Positions 53,581 to 64,000 of a DNA stretch of 64,000 bases are shown one piece after another. Numbering within the stretch: the stretch's first letter is position 1; the number at the start of each line of letters is the position of its first letter. Origin of the DNA: Chiloscyllium plagiosum (lineage: Eukaryota); assembly GCF_004010195.1 (NCBI RefSeq), contig NC_057752.1, forward strand, positions 6,026,044-6,090,043, in the 5' to 3' direction. Under the pieces are notes generated by a model. It was not told the DNA's origin, searched no databases, and was given only the letters and a program-made list of their open reading frames with translations. A program made the position numbers and the translations under genes.

Positions 53581-53997
53581 AGTGAAGAATATTACACATT
53601 TATTTACGAATGTTTGCGCTGGTCAAGAGGAAAGACGTTGATGCATGGGAGGAACATTTGTCCATTTCAAGCACAGAGTGTTGACATCAACGCAAAGCCA
53701 AAGAGGCCACATAACTGGCATAAGTCAAGCATTAATTTATATTGCGCCTGGTGAATCACTTAACAATGCCCCTGTAATGCTTCAAGTACAAATGCTCGCT
53801 TTGCAGTACTATTGTTATGCAGGTAAATACAGCAGCCAATTTGCGCATAGCAAGCTCCCATGCACAGCTAAGCGATGAACTGTTGATGGTATCATCTGAG
53901 AAGTGACTGTTAACCTTAGGTGGGGTTGACCCTGATCTTTTCCCAATAGTCCCTTGGTATTAAACATTTCAAAAAAAGGAGCAGAGTAGCCACGTAC

Positions 53998-54041
53998 CTG
54001 TCAGGTGGAACAACACCACTGTGACTGACTGAACGTTTAAC
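53998..54041 (-). CDS. PLEKHA3-like 44-nt exon
   Basis: tttgtag|VKRSVSHSGVVPPD-R|gtacgt; compare human PLEKHA3 MKRSVSHPGSCSSER; phase 0-2. Confidence 0.85.
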
Positions 54042-54620
54042 CTACAAAGTGTAAAGAACAAATTTAAAACCAAAACAGTCAATTTTTCAAGTTTGAAAAG
54101 CGTACACACACTATGCTGCTTGTTCTTGCAATGTTTCTATATTATATAAATGGTCAAATTCAGATAGGATTCTAATGATATTGCAATTTCTTCTAAACAT
54201 TATGCAGCTCACTGTGCCAGTATGCAAAAAGGCAATTTAGCATCAGTGTATTTAACTAGAATGAAGTTCTTGTAACTTTACATAATTCAAAACAGAAGAG
54301 TGACAGCAAATGCACAATAGATTTGTAACAGCCAGTTACAGTCCTGAGGTTTCTGATTGTGCGTTAGAAAAAGCTAACCTGGCCTCCTGCCATTAGGTCC
54401 AGAAAGGAAACTGTTCAAGAATCTTGTAACAAATCTATCATGTCGGTGCATTAGTGTCACTCTATAATTGCCTGTGGCCAGGTTCTACGTTGTCAGTCTG
54501 GATACCTGCTCAAAAGAAGAGAGTGAGGGACAAATGATACCTGTCACAAGACATACCGGCATCACAAGCCCCTGTCTCAACCAGGAATCCTGCTACAGGG
54601 ATGAAGAGATAACCACTTAC

Positions 54621-54779
54621 CCTGCGAAGAGGTGTGGAGGTGACATGTGCAACTGGGGACTCTGGAGGTGAAAGCAGCTCTGGGGATATCTTCACACTTG
54701 CTATTTTCATACAGTCCTCAAGGGTATTTATAAAGGTATTGCACGTGGCTTTAAGCAAAGACGAAGCCTCATTCATTTT
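54621..54779 (-). CDS. PLEKHA3 (FAPP1)-like PH-domain protein, internal exon
   Basis: [53 protein letters not shown] resembles human PLEKHA3 [27 protein letters not shown]; tttcag| acceptor and |gtaagt donor; phase 0-0. Confidence 0.88.
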
Positions 54780-57534
54780 CTGAAAGAGAGAGAGGCACAA
54801 AAAGCTTTGCAGTTTTCCTTTTCATGAAACACACGGTACTGCAGGCAGCCCGTATTCTCAGAGATCCCTGGACTAATTACAGAGAGGGAGAGCTCATTAG
54901 AACTCAGCAAACCATTCCTGAAACTGTTAACTTGCGCTCTAGAACAATCCTACATGCCATGTACTTTGCCTCTGACCTGGTTTAAATTAGTGCTTCCAAC
55001 ATCAGAGTTTCAAGCAACTATTCAACTACAGGTGGCTTCAAAGCAGTGGCTGATCTGGCTCTTGCCCAAACTTCTTACATACCTGCACTGTCTAGTCCAG
55101 GTCTTTGACTATTTATTGGAAGCAGCAACTGGGGACGCATTATGTTTGTCCTTCCCTCCTGGAGGTCAACACAATGACCCCAGGATCCCTTCCAGCTGAG
55201 ATCTGCACAGTCTTTGGCAGTAGATGTTGTGAAGGCTGAGGGAAGCAGGGATTAAAATTAGGGACTTGACCGGCTGCCTGGTTTAGCAGCACACTAGGCG
55301 ATATACTTTCCCAGCAATCAATTGCCTGCCACACTGTATTAGTCGAAACCATCAAGAAACACAAGTCATCTAGTCGTAACTGACTTCAAAATTAATGTGA
55401 GCAAGACTGATTTTAAGCAATTGTAGACAGTTTTTTTAAAAAAGCAATGTTTCCAGTTAATGCAATTGTGAGTTGCTGGAAGTAATGTGTCTGACACCTA
55501 GTGGCAATCAGAGGAACTTCCCAAGCACTTGCTGTTTTATCCACAAGCACAGGTTCAGACTTGTACAACTATAACGTACTAAATGACAGCAGAAAATGAA
55601 TCTGCAGCATTTCAGGTTGTTTGGAGATAACAAAATAGAACTCAGAAGCAGGGCTTGAAGTTGAATCATGACTTCTAGCACACAACTTCTGACAAGAGGG
55701 TTGATTGCACCAAGCTGTTTAAAACATTAATTTCGAAACATGAATGACAACATTTCTTTTTGTCTTAGTGCAAGAGTACAAGGTTGTCACAGTGGGAGGA
55801 AACTAGCTGGGAAGATACTGGAAAATAGTCAATCCAGTCATTAATTCAGTACATTTTATTCAAATGACCCCCTCTCTTTGTTTATGTTATGAGTTATTTA
55901 TTGAAATCAAAACACTTAGGGATACTCTGCTTCAATAAGCCAAATTCTGGTTTCCCCCAAACGGGAAATGTCCCAGAGCAGATTCCTTGGAAGTAAATCT
56001 GGGCTGTGGGGGTGGAGGGGGAGTGGAGAATGTTTTTTTCCCACTGCTCTGGACAGGGACCCACACTTAGGGGTGATGCAAGGAAGTCATGTAGGAATGA
56101 AGCTACATAATCAAATTCTGCAGCTTGAACATTTATCTGTACAACTTAAAAGCAGCATAATCTGGACAGGAAGTGACCCTTTGTAACCTTAGCTTGTAAC
56201 TGCATGGACCTGTATCTCTTTAAAACCAGTATATAACTAATAGGGTGTGTCTTGATCTGTGAGAATTCTATTGCTTAGGAATATTATAGATTAAGAGCTA
56301 AAGCCAGATGGCAGGGGCCCAACTCAAGATCCATTATGTTCCCTAATATGTGGGCGGTTGGCTCAAATAGTTTACTAGGAGGGTCACTGGCCTGAGTTAA
56401 CCGTCTCTCTCTCTCTCTCTCTCTCCCACATGCCCCCTCCCCTTCTACACAGTTTATTCAGCTTTCCAGCATCCATGTTTGGAGCAATTAAGTGGTCATA
56501 GTACAAGAAGGGAGTTGAAACCATGTTTGTGATAGTGGAGAAAGGGAAGATCCAAAAGGAAACTGCATCGAGCTGGAACCTGAGCGGATTACTGAAGTTG
56601 AAGAAATTGTAGAAGTCTACGAGCTGAATCTAGACCAGAATTTTGTGAGTTCTGTTGTCCCTAACTGGAATAAAAAAGTACAGGTGTTAACCAGTGTTAA
56701 TGACTGATTAATTAGGCCTACACTTAATAAATCCTTCCACTTTGCTACAATTTTGAAATCTTGCCCAAACTCCTTACTTTATTTATGTGAGCGGTGCAGT
56801 AATATTCCGGAACTCTTAATCCAGAGGCTTGGATTAATAATTCAGAAAGCATGTTCAATTGGTTGCTTGTGAACCTGAATTCACTTTAAGACAAAGAGAA
56901 AAAAAACAAAAATGGAAGGGAGTGGAGATGATGGTGAAACTAGTTGTTATAAAATTTGGAAAAAGTTCATAAATGTTATTTCAGAGAAAGGAAACCTATT
57001 CTCAGCAGAGAAGGAAAACCCAGTAAAACTTAGAAATAAATGGTACTAGTCTGAACTGGAGTTCCATTATTTCATGTATGAAAGACGAGTTTGAACCAAT
57101 TGTGTCACTTCCAGCTTTTATGGATTTTTCTTCAGTGGGTTTCAATCCTGCACTTAAGATGGTTTACTGAGCAACTTACTTGTATCAACCACCACAAAAA
57201 TTAATAAAATTGAATGGGAGGGGAATGAGGTTGGCAGCTTTAGATCTGTGGATTCTGATCCCTGCCCAGCAACCTGGACCTAGCTTTCATGACCTTCTGC
57301 AGTCTAATGACCCCCAATAAATAAACAAATATTCTCATCTGTCTTAAAAGGGAGTAGAAAGTGGAGTTCAAGCCTGAAACCAGCCATGATAGTGTTGAAT
57401 AGAGAAGCAGGTTTGATGGGCCTCGGTCTACTCCTATTTCTTGTGTTCTTTGGATTTTTGTGCCCCTAACATGGGTATTGAATCCATAACCGAGAGGCAA
57501 TTGTAATATCAACTGAGCCACAGCGGACACACAA

Positions 57535-58505
57535 ATAAGACCATAAGATATAGGAGCAGAGGTAGCCCATCAAGTCAACTCCACCTTTCAATAAGATCAT
57601 GGCTGATCAAATGACCTTCAACTCCACTTGCTTGCCTTTTCCCCCCATAACCCTTGATTCCCTTACTGATAAAAAAAAGTCTGCATATCTCAGCCGTGAA
57701 TATATTTAATGACACAGCCTTGAGGGTCCTCTCTAGTAAAGAATTCTACAGGATCACTACCCTCAGAAAAAAATCCTGCTCACGTCTGTCTTAAATGGGC
57801 AACTGCTTACTCAACTTAAGCCCTCTGGTATTCAGCTGTCCCACAAGGGACAGCATGATGAGTCTTGAGTTGTGAACCTGTCAAACTTTTTCCCCGTCAA
57901 GCCCCCTAATAATCTTGTATATTTCAATAAGCTTGCTTCTCATTTTTCTAAATTCCAGATTACAGGCGTAATCTACTTAACCTCTCCTCAAAAAACAGTT
58001 CCTCCATATCTGGTATCAGTCTGGTGAACCTTCGCTGGTCTGTGCCCGACATCAATTTCCTTCGATATGGGGTCCAATACGGTTCACGGTATTCCAGCTA
58101 TGGTCTGACAAGTACCTAGTATAATTTCAGCAAGACCTCCCTATTTTTGTACACACCATTTCCTTTGAACTAGAGGTCAACTTTCCATTTGCCTTCCATC
58201 TTCCTCACAACTTGGATGCTAGATTTTTGCTTTGTTCATGAGGACTCCTAAATCCCTCTGTGCTGCAGCTTTCTGCAGTCTTTTCCCCATTTACATAATA
58301 TTCAACTCTTCTTACCTTCCTGAAAAAGTGCATAACCTCAGACCTTCCTACATTATATTGTATTGGCTAAGGCATTTGCCCACTCACCTTCTATCCCTCT
58401 GCAGACTCCTCAGGTCATCCTCACTACTTGTCCTCCCAACTATTATGTAATCCGCAAACGTGCATCCATTCACTTCTGTCATCCAAGGCATTAGTATATA
58501 TTCTT
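57535..58505 (-). mobile_element. Old CR1 3' fragment
   Basis: Same family as 36510-37830; (tcttatg) tail. Confidence 0.7.
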
Positions 58506-60279
58506 AAAATATGCCTCCCTAATTTTAGTCTCCCACGCAAGATATCCACCCTTTCCTGGAACTCACAATCTTTAATTCTGAGCTGTGAAGCCTGTAATTT
58601 GTAATTGCAGAGGAAGTACATTTTCTTAAAATCAACAAGATGCTGTACAGAGTCATTACTCCCACGGCAACATTCCACTGTACTGATAGCATTGTCAGCG
58701 TGGGTTCACTCAGACAGCTCAACTGAAAAATTGGTATTTACATTGTAACCGAAGCAGTTGTACTTTGCTGTATATTTCCTGGTTCCCAGAATGATTCAGC
58801 AGTGCAACATTCATTTATTCATCAGCAAAAACAGTGTCTGGTCTATATTCCACAATTATATCTGGTCCGAATACAAAATAAAATCTACTGAAAAGAGTGT
58901 TTAAATAGGATATAAATATTTAAATATTGAATTTGTATATAGAGCCTGCATTTTTAGTCACACCTTTACTACAGTAACATGCCCTCCAGGCCTAGTGCAG
59001 AAGCAATTATCACACAAAATTTGACATTGAACCACACAATGAGATCTTCGGTTAGATGACCAAAAACTTGAACAACAGGGGTAAGTTTTAAGGAGTGTCT
59101 TAAAAGGAAAAAAGGCTTCAGCAAGGAACTCCAGAGTTTCTTGCCCAAGCAGACCACTGATGGTGGAGTGATTAAAATTGGAGCTATTCGAGAGGCTGAA
59201 ATTTGAAGAGCGCAGCCATCTTGGAGGGACTTGGCCTGGAGAAAATTCTAGAGAAATTTGAAAACAAGGATGAGAACTTTCAAAAAAAATGCTGTTGCCA
59301 GGCCAGATTGAGAGCTAATAGAGCAGACACTTGTTAGGTGAGTGGGATTCATTCTTGACAGTAGGCAAATAAGTGAGTTGGGGTGTCTTGTGGCTAACAC
59401 TTAAAACATACTATAGATTAACAGATAAATTATTGGACTATACTGTCTGTTCAACTAACTCACATGTTATAAAGCCAGAAACTCCGTACAATCATGAAAT
59501 ATGCAGCTCTGGTAAAACTGGAACAACTACATTTTCTATTCAGAGAAATGTCAAAACAGTCCCTCACAACAAATGCTTTACGTATTTAAAAAAAACATCC
59601 TCCCTCCACAACTTGTCTCCTGAAGGAGTCAGCTCTTACCCAAGGTCACAATTCCACAGAAGCCCCTGCTCACTTGGCCATTGTTCATTTTGATTATGCA
59701 CGGTGAATGTTGGAAGACAGCCCACCCACAGAGTGTTGAGGGAGGCCATATGTATATGAAAACATCTTTTGGGGTTTGGATTTTAAAAATAAAGATAGAT
59801 GGACTTTGACCAATTTTTAAAAATCAGTTCAGGTAATAATTTGGAACAGTAACTCAATTACATAATTTCCAAGGAGGTATATGATGACGATCAAGTGCTT
59901 AGTATGACACATTGGTGTTGATGGACTAAATGCTCATACTGTCAAAGTTTACAGCCATTTATTTAACTTTTGACTTCAGTTCATAAGAGAACATTTATTT
60001 CCCGAACAAACAAAACTGAGTTTTAGTTCAGGCAAACCAGTCACCCTAGTCAAAGTGTGGTTGGTACTTTGAGCTTCCGAGCCAGGGAAATTTGTACAAA
60101 AGTCTTCAGGTTATTAGAACGGAAACATTTTGGCCATCAGAACCGAGAAAGGCTTATGCCAGCAAACTCAAATGAATCTCAACAGTGCAAGGAAAATAAA
60201 CTGACAAGAGTCAGTTGAGTTAAAGTTTAAAGAATTGTGGCAGGAGTGATACTCAATTCCAGATAAATCTCTAAAAGAA

Positions 60280-62565
60280 AAGTCATAGAGATGTACAGCA
60301 TGGAAACAGACCCTTTGGTCCAACCCGTCCATGCCAACCAGATATCCCACCCCAATCTAGTCCCACCTGCCAGCACCCGGCCCATATCCATCTAAACTCT
60401 TCCTATTCATATACCCATCCAGATGATTTTAAAATGTTGCAATCATACCAGCCCCCACCACTTCTTGCAGCTCATTCCACAGGCGCACCACCCTCTGCGT
60501 GAAAAAGTTGCCCTTGGCTCTCTTTTATATCTTTCCCCTCTCACCCTAAACCTATGCCCTCTAGTTCTGGACTCCCTGACCCCAGGGAAAAGACCTTGTC
60601 TATTTACCCTAACCATGCCCTTCATGATTTTATAAACCTCAAAGGTCACCCCTCAACCCCTGACGCTCCAGGGAAAATAGCCCCAGCCTATTCAACCTCT
60701 CCCTATAGGTCAAATCCTCCAACCCTGGCAACATCCTTGTAAATCTTTTCTGAGCCCTTTCAAGTTTCACAACATCCTTCGGATAGGAAGGAGACCAGAA
60801 TTGCACACAATATTCCAAAAGTTACCTAACCCACTGTCCTGTACAGCCACATGACCTCCCAACTCCTGTACTCAATACTTTGACCAATAAAGGAAAGCAT
60901 ACCAAATGCCTTCTTCACTATTCTATCTACTTGCGACTCCACTTTCAAGGAGCTATGAACCTGCACTCCAAGGTCTCTTTGTTTAGCAACACTCCCTCGG
61001 ATCTTACCATTAAGTGTANNNNNNNNNNNNNNNNNNNNNNNNNNNNNNNNNNNNNNNNNNNNNNNNNNNNNNNNNNNNNNNNNNNNNNNNNNNNNNNNNN
61101 NNNNNNNNNNNNNNNNNNNNNNNNNNNNNNNNNNNNNNNNNNNNNNNNNNNNNNNNNNNNNNNNNNNNNNNNNNNNNNNNNNNNNNNNNNNNNNNNNNNN
61201 NNNNNNNNNNNNNNNNNNNNNNNNNNNNNNNNNNNNNNNNNNNNNNNNNNNNNNNNNNNNNNNNNNNNNNNNNNNNNNNNNNNNNNNNNNNNNNNNNNNN
61301 NNNNNNNNNNNNNNNNNNNNNNNNNNNNNNNNNNNNNNNNNNNNNNNNNNNNNNNNNNNNNNNNNNNNNNNNNNNNNNNNNNNNNNNNNNNNNNNNNNNN
61401 NNNNNNNNNNNNNNNNNNNNNNNNNNNNNNNNNNNNNNNNNNNNNNNNNNNNNNNNNNNNNNNNNNNNNNNNNNNNNNNNNNNNNNNNNNNNNNNNNNNN
61501 NNNNNNNNNNNNNNNNNNNNNNNNNNNNNNNNNNNNNNNNNNNNNNNNNNNNNNNNNNNNNNNNNNNNNNNNNNNNNNNNNNNNNNNNNNNNNNNNNNNN
61601 NNNNNNNNNNNNNNNNNNNNNNNNNNNNNNNNNNNNNNNNNNNNNNNNNNNNNNNNNNNNNNNNNNNNNNNNNNNNNNNNNNNNNNNNNNNNNNNNNNNN
61701 NNNNNNNNNNNNNNNNNNNNNNNNNNNNNNNNNNNNNNNNNNNNNNNNNNNNNNNNNNNNNNNNNNNNNNNNNNNNNNNNNNNNNNNNNNNNNNNNNNNN
61801 NNNNNNNNNNCTATTCTCTCCCTAGTTACCCTTTTGTTCTTAATGTATTTGTAAAAACCCTTTGAATTCTCCTCCACTCTAATTGCCAAAATTATCTCAT
61901 GTTCCCTTTTTGCCTTCCTGATTTCCCTCTTAAGTATACTCCTACTATCTTTATACTCTAAGGATTCACTCGATCTATCCTGTCTATACCTGACATTTGC
62001 TTCCTTCTTTTTCTTAACCAAACCCTCAATTTCTTTAGTCATCCAGCATTCTCTATACCTACCAGCCTTTCCTTTCACCCTAGTAGGAATATACTGTCTC
62101 TGGACTCTCGTTATCTCATTTCTGAGGACTTCCCATTTTCCAGCCGTCCCTTTACCTGCGAACATTTGCCTCCAATCAGCTTTCGAAAGTTCTTGCCTAA
62201 TACCATCAAAATTGGCCTTTCTCCAATTTAGAACTTCAACTTTTAGATCCAGTCTATCCTTTTCCATCACTATTTTAAAACTAATAGAATCATGGTCACT
62301 GGCCCCAAAGTGCTCTCCCACTGACACCTCAGTCACCTGCCCTGCCTTATTTCCCAATAGTAGGTCAAGTTTTGCACCTTCTCTAGTGGGTACATCCACA
62401 TACTGAATCAGAAAATTTTCTTGTACATGTTTAACAAATTCCTCTCCATCTAAACCCTGAACACTATGGCAGTCCCAGACTATGTTTGGAAAGTTAAAAT
62501 CTCTTACCATAATCAAATTATTCTTACCAGATTATTCTTACAGATAACCAAGATCTCCTTACAAT
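60280..62565 (-). mobile_element. CR1 fragment spanning an assembly gap
   Basis: DFNFPNI, LDLLLGN, SDHD endonuclease motifs and CR1 3' end. Confidence 0.9.
61019..61810. other. Assembly gap
   Basis: Run of N. Confidence 1.
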
Positions 62566-63549
62566 GTGTTGGGAAACGAGTTAAAACTTTGTTTAGCTAT
62601 TTGTGTCAAGATCTTTCTAACTGTCTTACACACAGACCTGTTTTGTTTTGGGGGCGGGGTGAAATAAACTTATGTTCTGTTAAAGAATATCTGTGACCTC
62701 ACATAAAAAGGTTTCAGTGACTAACCACCACATTGACCAACTGTAAACATTGCATATGTTACCTATCAAGTCAGGTTACATTCTGGGATCCAACTTGTTC
62801 AGTATTATCATCAGCTGGAATCATATCATCCAGATCTCCATTCCACTATTATGACATTTCACCCATCATTGAAGAAATCAAAAGGTTTTCTCTCTGACTA
62901 GGCAGCATTTTCAAGTGTGAACCATTCTACATGAAGCCACCCTTGTGACTAGCACAGCAGCAGACCTTCAGGTACCAATTGAGAAAATGAACAAAATGAT
63001 TGGAATGAAAATGAATGTATAAAAAGGCAGGCATTATGAAGACCAAACAAAATAATGGCAGGAAAACAGAAGTCAAGAGAAATGGTCAACAGGTTTGAAA
63101 CGGGTTTCACATTTTAACTTCCTGAGAAGACTCATGGGAGAAGATGTTTATTGTCATCAAGAAATTGAAGCTAGAATAGCAATGCTAAAGGATGCATTCT
63201 TCCAAACAGGAAGATAGGAGCAGGATTAGGCCATTTGGCCCCTTGTGCCTGCTCCACTATTCCCATTACTATTTCATGAGATATGGACATCACTGGCAAG
63301 ACCCTTGAACTGGGTGGCTTGCTGGGCTATTTCAGAGGGTGATTCAGAGTCAGTCACATTTCCGCAGGTCTAAAGCCAAACAGTGAGGACGGCAGATTTC
63401 CTCCCTTAAAAGGACATTGGTGAACTGGATGGGTTTTTACGACAACTGACAATAGTTTTACAGTCACCATTACCCAGACTAACTTTACTAATTTAAGTTC
63501 CAATGGTTGCCATGATGAAATTTATAACCAGTGTGGCCAGAACATTAGG

Positions 63550-63680
63550 TAAAATCAATGACTGCAGATGCTGGAAACCAGATTCTGGATTAGTGGTGCT
63601 GGAAAAACACAGCAGTTCAGGCAGCATCCGAGGCGCAGTAAAAATCGACGTTTCGGGCAAACCCTTCATCAGGAATACAG
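63550..63680 (-). mobile_element. PLE terminal fragment with hammerhead-like core
   Basis: Same family as 15950-16035; minus strand reads CTGATGAAGGGTTTGCCCGAAACGTCG. Confidence 0.72.
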
Positions 63681-64000
63681 GCCTGGGTCTCTAGATTACT
63701 AGTCCAGTTACATTACCATAATGCCACCATTTCGTCCATATCCAAGATATCTTTAATATTGGAAGTCTAACAATTTCATTCTTCCAGTCAATAAACCTTC
63801 ACAGCCCTCTGGAGTAGGGAATTCCAAAGATCCACCACCTTCTGACTGAAGAAATTCCTTCTCAGCCCAGTTCTAGGTAGTCTATCCCTTAGTCTGAGGC
63901 TGTTTCGCCTGGTTTTAGCCAGGGACTACTCAGGATAAGAATAAATAGAGAATAAGATTAAAAAAATTCAAAATTACCATGCCTGTGACATGGGGTGTGT

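Noticed and set aside
56182..56749. Solo LTR (TGTAAC...GCTACA)
   Set aside because: Termini are suggestive, but there is no TSD and no second copy in the window.
60880..62516. Long ORFs (324, 523 and 283 aa; also those at 41.4-42.1 kb)
   Set aside because: Artefacts of N runs inside CR1 copies.

Overview
Eukaryotic, repeat-rich vertebrate DNA; the CR1, tRNA-SINE and Penelope repeat spectrum suggests a cartilaginous fish, probably a shark (inference). Two protein-coding genes lie on the minus strand. (1) TARBP2 (TRBP, dsRNA-binding Dicer partner): 8 coding exons traced with GT-AG sites from 39276 to 21047, giving a 331-aa open frame; the equivalent of human linker exon 4 is not clearly identifiable. 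(2) The 3' exons (54779-50641) of a PLEKHA3/FAPP1-like gene lying tandemly upstream of TARBP2. This is notable because mammalian PLEKHA3 sits near the TARBP2 paralog PRKRA. The left part holds a two-LTR, decayed Gmr1-type Gypsy element (PR-INT-RT-RH order, 4-bp TSD) nested in a CR1 LINE. The window also has many CR1/other LINE fragments, tRNA-derived SINEs, Penelope-derived hairpins with hammerhead-like cores, solo LTRs, a CR1-derived minisatellite, a 157-bp tandem duplication and two N gaps. Repeat boundaries are approximate and comparisons to human proteins are from memory, not from a search.
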